Shown: piece after piece, positions 1-7,625 of the stretch | Numbering within the stretch: the stretch's first letter is position 1 | Layout of the letters: each line of letters begins with the position of its first letter | Assembly (NCBI GenBank): GCA_049322255.1 | Contig: JBMORE010000019.1 | Location: 1-34,228 of the forward strand | Direction: 5' to 3' | Source: Myxococcota bacterium | GTDB taxonomy: Bacteria > Myxococcota > Myxococcia > Myxococcales > Myxococcaceae | DNA: 34,228 nucleotides | Notes under the pieces: model-generated | Database searches by the model: none | Seen by the model: the letters and a program-made list of their open reading frames with translations, nothing else | Told to the model about the DNA's origin: nothing | Position numbers and translations under genes: made by a program

Positions 1-1
1 G

Positions 2-127
2 ACCCGCTCAGGGAAGCGAGCCCGTTACCGCGGCATCCGGAAGAACCTCTTCGACCAACGACGACATGCCGCCCTCGTCAACCTTCGGGCCCTCGCCTCA
101 CTCGACCTAACCGGGTCAGCTCTCTAG
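2..127 (+). mobile_element. C-terminal end of an IS1182/IS5-like DDE transposase (cut by the window edge, possibly a remnant)
   Basis: Frame 2 reads TRSGKRARYRGIRKNLFDQRRHAALVNLRALASLDLTGSAL*. RARYRGxRKNLFDxRRxAAxxNL resembles the C-terminal motif of DDE_Tnp_1_6-type transposases. Not in the supplied ORF track. No terminal inverted repeat was recognised. Confidence 0.65.
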
Positions 128-564
128 CGTGGGTCAGGCGTGAGGGAGACGCCCGTTGGCTTGGACGTGAGGGTGAGCTTCTTGCCGCTCACCACCACGT
201 CGGCCACCACGACGAACTTCTCGTTCTTGTAGTCCGCCCGTGTTTCGGCTCCCTTGGGCCGATCGAGGGCGACGTCCCATTGGCGATCCGCCAGCGAGTA
301 ACGGACGTCGCGCGCGTGGGAGACTTCCTTGCCCTTCGCGTCCAATAGCCGCACCGATTTGAGCTCGATGGTGGGCTGGGCACCGCTCTTCGTCGACGCG
401 CGAAAGGAAACGGTGGCGAAGAGCGGCCGCGCCGCGTTGGCGGGCAACGTCGGAATGGAGCTTTCCTGCAAGAAGGCCTGCAGCTCGGCGCGGACTTTCG
501 TCTTGGAGGTAAACGACGCCGATGAAGCAGCAACCGAAGGGGAACGAACGGCTCTGATGGTCAT
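124..564 (-). CDS. Hypothetical protein (~146 aa)
   Basis: ORF 124..585. The ATG at 564 is preferred because CAGGAG (SD-like) lies 6 nt upstream. Composition is protein-like, but no family was recognised. Confidence 0.6.
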   Translation of the reverse strand: MTIRAVRSPSVAASSASFTSKTKVRAELQAFLQESSIPTLPANAARPLFATVSFRASTKSGAQPTIELKSVRLLDAKGKEVSHARDVRYSLADRQWDVALDRPKGAETRADYKNEKFVVVADVVVSGKKLTLTSKPTGVSLTPDPR

Positions 565-694
565 ACCCGTCTCCTGACCCCGCATTCTCGGCGATCGGCC
601 GTCAAAAGTTTCTGGGGCAGCGCGTCATCGAACGATTGGCGCCCTTGCCTCCTGGGCGGGTACGCTTGAAGGTGCGGTTTTGCCGAGGAGGGCC

Positions 695-3142
695 ATGTCC
701 GCCTCATCGCCAGCTTGGTCCAGGTGGCTTGCGCTCTGGGTGCTCTTTCTCGGCACCAGCTGCCAGCTGGAGAAGTGCTACTCGAGCGACGTGGGCGTGG
801 GCTTGGGAAGGCTGACGATTCGACACGCCGCCATCCTCACCAACCTCGTCACCCGCGATGCCCAGTGCGGTTTCGCCAGCCGCCAGGTTCTCGACTCGGC
901 GCTGGTGCAAGGGCAGCCCGGGCAGGAGGGCGCGGTCACCTGGACCATCGACGGCTGCCAGCTCGACTTTGGTGAGCTCCACCCAGTCATGCGCGACTGC
1001 GTCGACGTGGAGACGTTCGCCTCCGGCCGGGTCAAAGTGTCGGCCACCCGCCGCATTCGCGGAACCATCACCGGCAACCCGGAGAGCCCCGTCATCCCCG
1101 CCGGCCCTGACGCCATCTCGATGGAGCTCGACCTCGAGCTCGACGACTTTCACATCCGGCGCTCCAACTCCAAGGCCACCCTCACCAACGTCTCCGGGGC
1201 GCTCCACTTCGTCGTCGAGCCCCATCTGGCCTTGAGCCGTACGAACGGGGTCTGCGCCGTCCCCACCATGGACGTGAGCTTCTCCCAAATTCGTTACGCC
1301 AACGCCTCGGTGGTCATCGACAGCGGCGACCGCGTGTTTCCCGTCGACGTCCCCTCCTCGGACTTCGGGGCGCAAATGGGCAAGTGGAAGGACCGGGAGA
1401 ACTCCCTCGAGGGGAACATCACCGTCTGGGATACGCCGGTGGCCTTGACGCTCCCGCCCGGCGAAGGGCTCGACCCTGACTACACCCCGGAGAGCTACCT
1501 CGAAGGAATCGCTTGCGACGAGAACCTCGCTCTGCCGCTCCAATACCGCTGTCCCTCCCTCAAGGAGCACCTCGCCCACGGGGCGGCGCGGCTCACCGTC
1601 AACCAGTTCGGCACCCTCGCCTCCCTCGTCGACGCCGACGTGCGGTGCGGCTTTTCCAGCCCCACGGTCACCGGAGCGGCCATCGTCTCCGGCACCCCGG
1701 GCGGGCCGGGCAAAGTCACCTACCGCCTGGCGCAGCCGTGCGTCCTCCAATTCCCCGTGCGCACCGTCGCCACCCGCGACTGCGACGGCAACGAGAAATC
1801 GGTGGAGGGCACCGCGGTGGTGATCGGCACCAAGACCGTCACCGGCATTCTCACCGGCGACGTCAACCAGCCGGTGGCCCCCGACAGCCGTGACCCCGCC
1901 GAGCTCTCTCTCTCCGCCACCTTCACCGACTTCACCGTCGACGACTCGGGGAGCGGCACCCGCCTCACCGCCCAAAGCGGCACCCTCGCCGGCCGGCTGC
2001 GGCCCCGCCTGGCGCTCGACACCCAGACAGGCATCTGCTCCCACACCACCTCCATCGCCGAGCTCCAGGACTTGGAGTGGACGGACGCCACCCTCCTGTT
2101 GGGCTCGGGCGCCTTCCACTTCGAAGTGAAAGTTTCGGTCTCCTCCCTCCAGGCCCAGAGCGGGAGCAAGGGGGAGCGCACCAACTACCTGGCGGGCCTG
2201 CTCATCAGCGACGGGCTGCCCATCGCCATTCCCCCGGCCGGCGTCGCTCCTCTCCTCGACCCCGACTACCAGGCGGAGGCGTTCGAGCGTTCTTTCAGCT
2301 GCGCCCCGCACTTCAAGTTGGCCACCACCGAGGAGGAGTGTGACGCGGAAGCGGCGCTGGCGACCAACGCGGCGCGCCTGGTCATTCAGACCGCGGGGAC
2401 GCTGGCCTCGATGATCAACAGCGACAACCTCTGCGGGTTCGAAGACGTCTTGGTGAAGCTCAACCCCACCCGGGTGGAGGGAGACGACGGCTCCTTCGGC
2501 CTGTTGGCGTGGCAGGTGGCCGACTGCCGGGTGGGACAGACCGGGGTCTCCCTCGTCTCCCAAAGCTGCGACGGCAAACGAACGCTCTCCACCGGCTACG
2601 CCCAGGTCGACGCTGAGCGGGTGGTGACGGGAGAACGCGACACCGCCTACGCGGTGGCCGATTCGATCATTCCCCGCACCCCCGACGCGGTGACCATCAC
2701 CTTGAGCGACGTGCTGCTCACCGACTTCTCCGCGTATTCGCTTCCCTCCGGCGCGGTGAGCCCGGTGGCCCGGCTGGTCCTTCACAGCGGGCGACTCTTC
2801 GCCGTCGTCGCTCCCATCGTGGGCGAGCGGCAAAGCGAGCCCGGCCGCTTCGACGTCCCCACCCCCGTGGCCACCTTCTCCAACGTCCGCCTGCTCGACG
2901 CCTACGCCACCCTGGAGGTGGGCGGAATGCGCTTCACCCTGGTCATCCCCGAGACGCGCCTCTTGGCGCAAAACGGCTCCTTGCGCGGGGTGAGCAACAC
3001 CCTCTCGGGCACCCTTCGGCTGGGCAGCGGCCTGACCATCGACTTGGCCGCAGTGCCCCTCGACCCCGACTTCGAGCAAACCGCCTTCGACGCAAGCTAC
3101 GCTTGCACTCCCGACTTGAAGGCGCCCATTCCACCCAACTGA
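695..3142 (+). CDS. Large secreted or lipoprotein built from three tandem ~260-aa Cys-containing repeats
   Basis: ATG at 695 follows GAGGAG. Signal peptide ends LFLGTSC. Repeats begin GLGRLT / GAARLT / NAARLV, each has DxxCGF, and each ends LDPD[YF]...[AS]C. Confidence 0.85.
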   Translation: MSASSPAWSRWLALWVLFLGTSCQLEKCYSSDVGVGLGRLTIRHAAILTNLVTRDAQCGFASRQVLDSALVQGQPGQEGAVTWTIDGCQLDFGELHPVMRDCVDVETFASGRVKVSATRRIRGTITGNPESPVIPAGPDAISMELDLELDDFHIRRSNSKATLTNVSGALHFVVEPHLALSRTNGVCAVPTMDVSFSQIRYANASVVIDSGDRVFPVDVPSSDFGAQMGKWKDRENSLEGNITVWDTPVALTLPPGEGLDPDYTPESYLEGIACDENLALPLQYRCPSLKEHLAHGAARLTVNQFGTLASLVDADVRCGFSSPTVTGAAIVSGTPGGPGKVTYRLAQPCVLQFPVRTVATRDCDGNEKSVEGTAVVIGTKTVTGILTGDVNQPVAPDSRDPAELSLSATFTDFTVDDSGSGTRLTAQSGTLAGRLRPRLALDTQTGICSHTTSIAELQDLEWTDATLLLGSGAFHFEVKVSVSSLQAQSGSKGERTNYLAGLLISDGLPIAIPPAGVAPLLDPDYQAEAFERSFSCAPHFKLATTEEECDAEAALATNAARLVIQTAGTLASMINSDNLCGFEDVLVKLNPTRVEGDDGSFGLLAWQVADCRVGQTGVSLVSQSCDGKRTLSTGYAQVDAERVVTGERDTAYAVADSIIPRTPDAVTITLSDVLLTDFSAYSLPSGAVSPVARLVLHSGRLFAVVAPIVGERQSEPGRFDVPTPVATFSNVRLLDAYATLEVGGMRFTLVIPETRLLAQNGSLRGVSNTLSGTLRLGSGLTIDLAAVPLDPDFEQTAFDASYACTPDLKAPIPPN

Positions 3143-3168
3143 CGAACGCAGAAAGCCTCGAGCGACCC

Positions 3169-4662
3169 ATGCGCACTTCCCACGCCTTGCTCTCGTGGAG
3201 CCTCGCGGCAGCTCTTCTGACTCAGTGCAGCCCGCCGGTCCCCAACGTTCCCGACGGCGGCGACACGTGCGCGCAGCTCCCCGATGAGCCCGACGAGAGC
3301 GGCACCGACAGCAACTGCGACGGCGTCGATGGCGATGCCCGCCAAGCCATCTTCGTCGCGACTTCCGGAGACGACACGAGCCCGGGAACGCGCGAGGAGC
3401 CGATGCTCACCATTCAGGCCGCGCTCTCCCGGGCGGTGGCCGAGGCCAAGTCCCACCTCTACATCTCCGAGGGCACCTACGCCGGGCCGGTGACGTTGAT
3501 GAACGGCGTCTCCCTCTATGGCGGCTATGTGCGTTCGCGAGCGTGGGCGAGAGACCCCGGCGCGGCCACCACCATCCGCTCGACGTCGGTTCTCTCCAAC
3601 CGGGTGGTGGCGGTGGAGGGCAAAGCCATCACCAGCCCCACGGTGCTCGAGCGATTGACCCTCGAGGCAGCCGATGCCTCCGGGCCGGGAGCCTCGAGTG
3701 TGGCGCTCTACTGCTTCGGCTGCACCGCGGTGACGGTGAGAAAGTGCCAGCTCAGCGCCGGCGCGGGAGGAGACGGTTTGCCCGGCACTTCCGGGTCCAA
3801 CGGCGGCGCTGGACAGGCCGGGCTCGGAGGCGGTCCCGGCGCGTGCGACAACAATCAACCTGGCGGCGCCGGGGGGGCGAGCGGCTTTTCCTCCTGCGGG
3901 CAAACGGGCGGCATCGGCGGCGCGGGCGGCAACTACGGCTCCAACCCGGGTCTTCGCGGCAACAACGGCGCAGGCGGAACTTCGGGCGGCGCAGGCGGTT
4001 CGGGAGGAGACCCCGGGGGAGCAGGAGCGCCGGGGGCCAATGGAGCCAGCGGCACCGACGGCTTGGCAGGCGCCGGAGGCAGCGGTGGCACCTTGGTGGG
4101 CGGTTTTTGGCTCGGCGCTGCGGGGGGTGACGGAACGAGCGGCAGCCACGGCAACGGTGGAGGAGGCGGCGGTGGCGGCGGCGGCCAAGGCGGCGCTTTC
4201 GTCAACGACGGGCCGGGCAACGGCGGCGGTGGCGGCGGTGGCGGAGGCTGCGGAGGCTCCGGAGGGCTCGGGGGGAGCGCGGGAGGAGGCTCCTTCGGGG
4301 TGTTTCTGCTCGGTTCGCCCGGCCTTTTGCTCGTGGACAACCGCATCGCCAGCGGCAGGGGAGGCGCGGGGGGCGCTGGGGGAGTCAGCGGCGCCGGAGG
4401 CCCGGGAGGCAGCGGCGGCAACGGCGGCCAGGTGTGCACCAGCGAGGTGGGCGCGGGGGGCCGAGGCGGCAACGGGGGCAATGGGGGCAACGGGGGAAGT
4501 GGCGGAGGCGGCGCCGGAGGCCCCTCGTTCGCCGTGTTTCAGGCCTCCAGCTCGGTATCGGTGGCTGGAAACACCCTCACTCACGGCGCGGGCGGCCTGG
4601 GCGGCACCTCGTCCGGCAACCCGGGAAGCGACGGCGCGGCGGGCAACGAGGGAGCGCCGTAG
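3169..4662 (+). CDS. Glycine-rich (PGRS-like) lipoprotein with DUF1565-like N-terminal region
   Basis: ATG at 3169. Signal ends AALLTQC. DSNCDGVDGD resembles the myxobacterial putative metal-binding motif. IFVATSGDD..PGTREEPMLTIQAAL is a DUF1565-like start. Long GGxGGxG tracts follow. Confidence 0.85.
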   Translation: MRTSHALLSWSLAAALLTQCSPPVPNVPDGGDTCAQLPDEPDESGTDSNCDGVDGDARQAIFVATSGDDTSPGTREEPMLTIQAALSRAVAEAKSHLYISEGTYAGPVTLMNGVSLYGGYVRSRAWARDPGAATTIRSTSVLSNRVVAVEGKAITSPTVLERLTLEAADASGPGASSVALYCFGCTAVTVRKCQLSAGAGGDGLPGTSGSNGGAGQAGLGGGPGACDNNQPGGAGGASGFSSCGQTGGIGGAGGNYGSNPGLRGNNGAGGTSGGAGGSGGDPGGAGAPGANGASGTDGLAGAGGSGGTLVGGFWLGAAGGDGTSGSHGNGGGGGGGGGGQGGAFVNDGPGNGGGGGGGGGCGGSGGLGGSAGGGSFGVFLLGSPGLLLVDNRIASGRGGAGGAGGVSGAGGPGGSGGNGGQVCTSEVGAGGRGGNGGNGGNGGSGGGGAGGPSFAVFQASSSVSVAGNTLTHGAGGLGGTSSGNPGSDGAAGNEGAP

Positions 4663-6337
4663 CCAAAATCATCCACCCCCACCACGGCCAACCGGCCGCT
4701 GCTGCCGCGCCGCAACCACAGCCGACTTGGTAAGCCGCAGGGAGCGGCGGACGGGTGCACGCGACCTCGACGGAGAAGCGTTGCTCGGAGGTACCGCTCG
4801 CGTTGGTCACCGCCAGCACCACCGGTTGCGGCCCCACTTGCTCCTGCCTCGGAGTCCAGCGTACCTCGCCCGTGGCCGCATCCACCGAAAGGCCCTCCGG
4901 CACGCTGACGGCGGCGAAGCTCACCGGGGTCGGGCTCGTCGCCCTCAGGTCGTACTGGTAGAGGCGGTCGCACTCCGCGCTCGTCGGCGGCGAGCTGTCG
5001 AACACCGGCGGCGCACCGCAGGCGCTCTCGAACGCTCCCAAGTCGGGCGCGGTGCCGTAGAAGGTTCCCCCGTCGTCGGCCGGGGTGAGGTCGGGTTGCT
5101 CGGGACCCAAATCGAGGCCGGTGTCGATGGCGCAGTTGGCGCACCCGGCGAGAGAAAAATCATCCATCGCCGGAGCGGTGAAGGCGGGAGCGCACGACTG
5201 GTTCCCCGTCCCCGGCGCACAGGGAGAACCTACACAGTCCCCTCCTTGGTTGGAGAAGAAGAGGTTGTGGTCCACCACCGTGTCCAGGGCGGCGATGTTC
5301 AACCCTTGGCCGCCATTTCCCTCGAAGATGTTGTTTTGAACCCGCACCCGGGTGACTCCCGCTCCGATGTCGACTCCGGCTCCGGTATTTCTCGCCACAG
5401 TGTTGTGCACCACGCGCGCGCCATCGCTGCCCCCGTACAGGCGAATACCCGTGCCGTTGGTGCCCACGATGAGGTTGCCCTCGATGATGTTGTCTACCGT
5501 CGCCGTATCGCCCACCAAGATGGCAACAGTCCCGTTGTTCTTGAAGGTGTTGAAGGACACCCGATTGCCAACGGAGCCGGAAAAGATTCCCACCCCCTCG
5601 TTGGGATTGTCGCGGAAGACGTTGCGGTAGATGAAAACCGAGGTGGTCGAGGCGGCCAGCCTCAAGGCGTCGTTGTCGCTGCCCGAGAGGGTGTTCTCGA
5701 GCACGTCGACGCAGGACGAGCCCACGATGTAGATGCCGTCGGAGCCTCGCAGCGCTCCGTTGTCGGCGATGACGTTTCGCGCGATGACGTTCTTTTGGGT
5801 ACACGGGGCCTGGGAGCTCCGCAGCAGCACGCCGAAGGAGCCGTTGCGGCGAAGGACGTTGTCGGTGATGTGGTTGCCGGCGTTGCTGCCGTCGAAGACC
5901 ACCGCTTCTCCCTGGTTGTCCTCCAAGACCGTGTTGGCCAGGGTGTTTCCCGTCGAACCGCTCCGAATCCAGACCGCCGCGCCCGAGCCAAACCCGCCGC
6001 CGAGGAACCCACGGACGGTGAGGTTTCGAAGCTGATTGTTTCCCGCGTTGAGCCGAAATCCTGTGCCACCGCCGAAGGCCGCGCCGTCGATGATGACCTG
6101 CGCAGCGTTCGCGCCGTCGATGGTGGCGCCGGCTGGGTCGTCGAGCGCAGGAAGGCTCGCGTCGAGCACGATGGTGCCCGGGTTGAAGACCGCCGCATCG
6201 AAGGTGATGGTGTCGTGTCCGGTGTTGGCGTTGGCGAGGGTGATGCACTCGCGCAGAGAGCCCGCCCCTGAGCTCGCGGTGGTGGTCACCACCGGGCAGA
6301 CAGCCATCGTCAACGAGAGAAGCGAAGCGAGCGCCAC
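4577..6337 (-). CDS. Right-handed parallel beta-helix surface protein with C-terminal Ig-like domain and MYXO-CTERM-like tail
   Basis: VVTTTASSGAGSLRECITLAN beta-helix cap, repeated Nx(I/V)xxNxxxxN rungs, AIDTG...PDLGAFE end motif, PEGLSVDAATGEVRWTP Ig-like domain, then GCGC + hydrophobic stretch + Arg-rich tail. Confidence 0.85.
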   Translation of the reverse strand: MALASLLSLTMAVCPVVTTTASSGAGSLRECITLANANTGHDTITFDAAVFNPGTIVLDASLPALDDPAGATIDGANAAQVIIDGAAFGGGTGFRLNAGNNQLRNLTVRGFLGGGFGSGAAVWIRSGSTGNTLANTVLEDNQGEAVVFDGSNAGNHITDNVLRRNGSFGVLLRSSQAPCTQKNVIARNVIADNGALRGSDGIYIVGSSCVDVLENTLSGSDNDALRLAASTTSVFIYRNVFRDNPNEGVGIFSGSVGNRVSFNTFKNNGTVAILVGDTATVDNIIEGNLIVGTNGTGIRLYGGSDGARVVHNTVARNTGAGVDIGAGVTRVRVQNNIFEGNGGQGLNIAALDTVVDHNLFFSNQGGDCVGSPCAPGTGNQSCAPAFTAPAMDDFSLAGCANCAIDTGLDLGPEQPDLTPADDGGTFYGTAPDLGAFESACGAPPVFDSSPPTSAECDRLYQYDLRATSPTPVSFAAVSVPEGLSVDAATGEVRWTPRQEQVGPQPVVLAVTNASGTSEQRFSVEVACTRPPLPAAYQVGCGCGAAAAAGWPWWGWMILATALPRCPPRRRFPGCRTRCRPGRPRRE

Positions 6338-6410
6338 GTCGAAAGTCGATTATCGAGGCTACGTCGACGGCCCGCCAGGACTCCGCCGCCGGATGCAGAC
6401 CCCCGTCGGG

Positions 6411-7625
6411 TCAGAGGTGCGGATGCGCCCTGAGGAAGGCGAGCATCGGCACCTCCCAGTCGTTGCCACTGCCGTCCATGAGGCCATCGGGCCAGCGTAG
6501 GTGGTTGATGGTCCCGGTGGTTTCGGTGCACAGCGCCACGGGAGCGCAGGCCGTGACCGCCACACCCGCCCCGGTGATGATTTGAAAAGTGACGTTGGGG
6601 TTGCCGACGCCCGTGGCGAGCTGACCGACCCAAGTCTCCGCTCCGTACCCCGGAGGCAACCCGAAAGCAGCCTCCTGCGCCGCGCTGCACGCAGTGAGCG
6701 CATCGCAGGCGCGTACCAGTAGATAGAGGGGCGCCGTGGACGTCGGATAGGGGTTCAGCTCGCAAGACGGCGTCTGGGTCGCCGAGAGGTTCTCGTACGG
6801 GTTGTAGAAAGCGTAGACCGCGCCTGCAGCCACCCTGTTTCCTCCAGGAGTAGGAGCTCCATGGCGAAGGAGAGCGTAGAGCTCGGCAAATGCCGCTCCA
6901 TTCGACCAACCCATGACGTAAATCCGCTGCGGGTCGACTCGGTTTTCTGCGACCAAGGCATCGATGAGCCGATCGGTGTTGACCACGTCCGGGTTGGTGG
7001 GATGGCGGAAGTAGGTGTCGTGGTGGGTGGCGTCGCTGTGGCTGGTCGGCCAGTGGAGGTACCGGCCTTGCACTGACGCCAAAATAAAACCCGGACGGGC
7101 TGCATCGCCGCTCAGGTCGAAGTCGAGCGCTTTCTCCCGCAGGCGGGTGTTGTTGTAGACGTTTTGGGCGCTCCCGCCCGAGCCGTGGAAGTACAGCACC
7201 AGCGGGCGAGGTGACGACGCCGAAGCACCGGGAGGCCGGTACACACAGCCGTAGCGCTTGATGCCGTCGGAGTCGGCCCATTCCTCTGGGAGCCCGTCGT
7301 CGAACAAGGGGTGGTCCGACACCGAGGTGCGACAGTCCGGGACTCGGGTGGAAGTGGTGATGGTGCTGCGAACGATGCCTCCGTCGGAGAACTCCATGCC
7401 CTTCTCACAAGGCGCTGCCACGCTGCACACCGCCAACGGCTGTGAAAGTCCCGTTTGTGGGTTGCACGAGTAACCGCCGTCGCTGACACCGGCGTCGGCG
7501 AAACCAGCGTCCACTTCTCCGGCCGCATCTTTCGAATCACTCGCATCTTCCACGGAGCCGTCTGGTGCCGCGGGGGTGCTCGAGCAAGCTGCTGCCAATA
7601 GTAGAACCAGCGTCCAAGCTCTCAC
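6411..7625 (-). CDS. Lipoprotein alpha/beta hydrolase (PHB depolymerase/esterase-like)
   Basis: Lipobox LAAAC, PLVLYFHGSGG, nucleophile elbow RIYVMGWSNG, candidate catalytic Asp (RACD) and His (NHLRWP). The GTG start overlaps the upstream TGA (GTGA). Confidence 0.85.
   Translation of the reverse strand: MRAWTLVLLLAAACSSTPAAPDGSVEDASDSKDAAGEVDAGFADAGVSDGGYSCNPQTGLSQPLAVCSVAAPCEKGMEFSDGGIVRSTITTSTRVPDCRTSVSDHPLFDDGLPEEWADSDGIKRYGCVYRPPGASASSPRPLVLYFHGSGGSAQNVYNNTRLREKALDFDLSGDAARPGFILASVQGRYLHWPTSHSDATHHDTYFRHPTNPDVVNTDRLIDALVAENRVDPQRIYVMGWSNGAAFAELYALLRHGAPTPGGNRVAAGAVYAFYNPYENLSATQTPSCELNPYPTSTAPLYLLVRACDALTACSAAQEAAFGLPPGYGAETWVGQLATGVGNPNVTFQIITGAGVAVTACAPVALCTETTGTINHLRWPDGLMDGSGNDWEVPMLAFLRAHPHL

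Noticed and set aside
636..648. TTGGCGCCCTTGC as a sigma54 promoter (also TGGCTAGAATTGC on the minus strand near 20527-20539)
   Set aside because: GG-to-GC spacing is too short in both, and sigma54 spacing is strict.
3169..4662. Mycobacterial PE-PGRS gene acquired horizontally
   Set aside because: There is no PE domain. The lipoprotein signal and DxNCDG motif are typical of myxobacterial Gly-rich proteins, and the similarity is low-complexity only.
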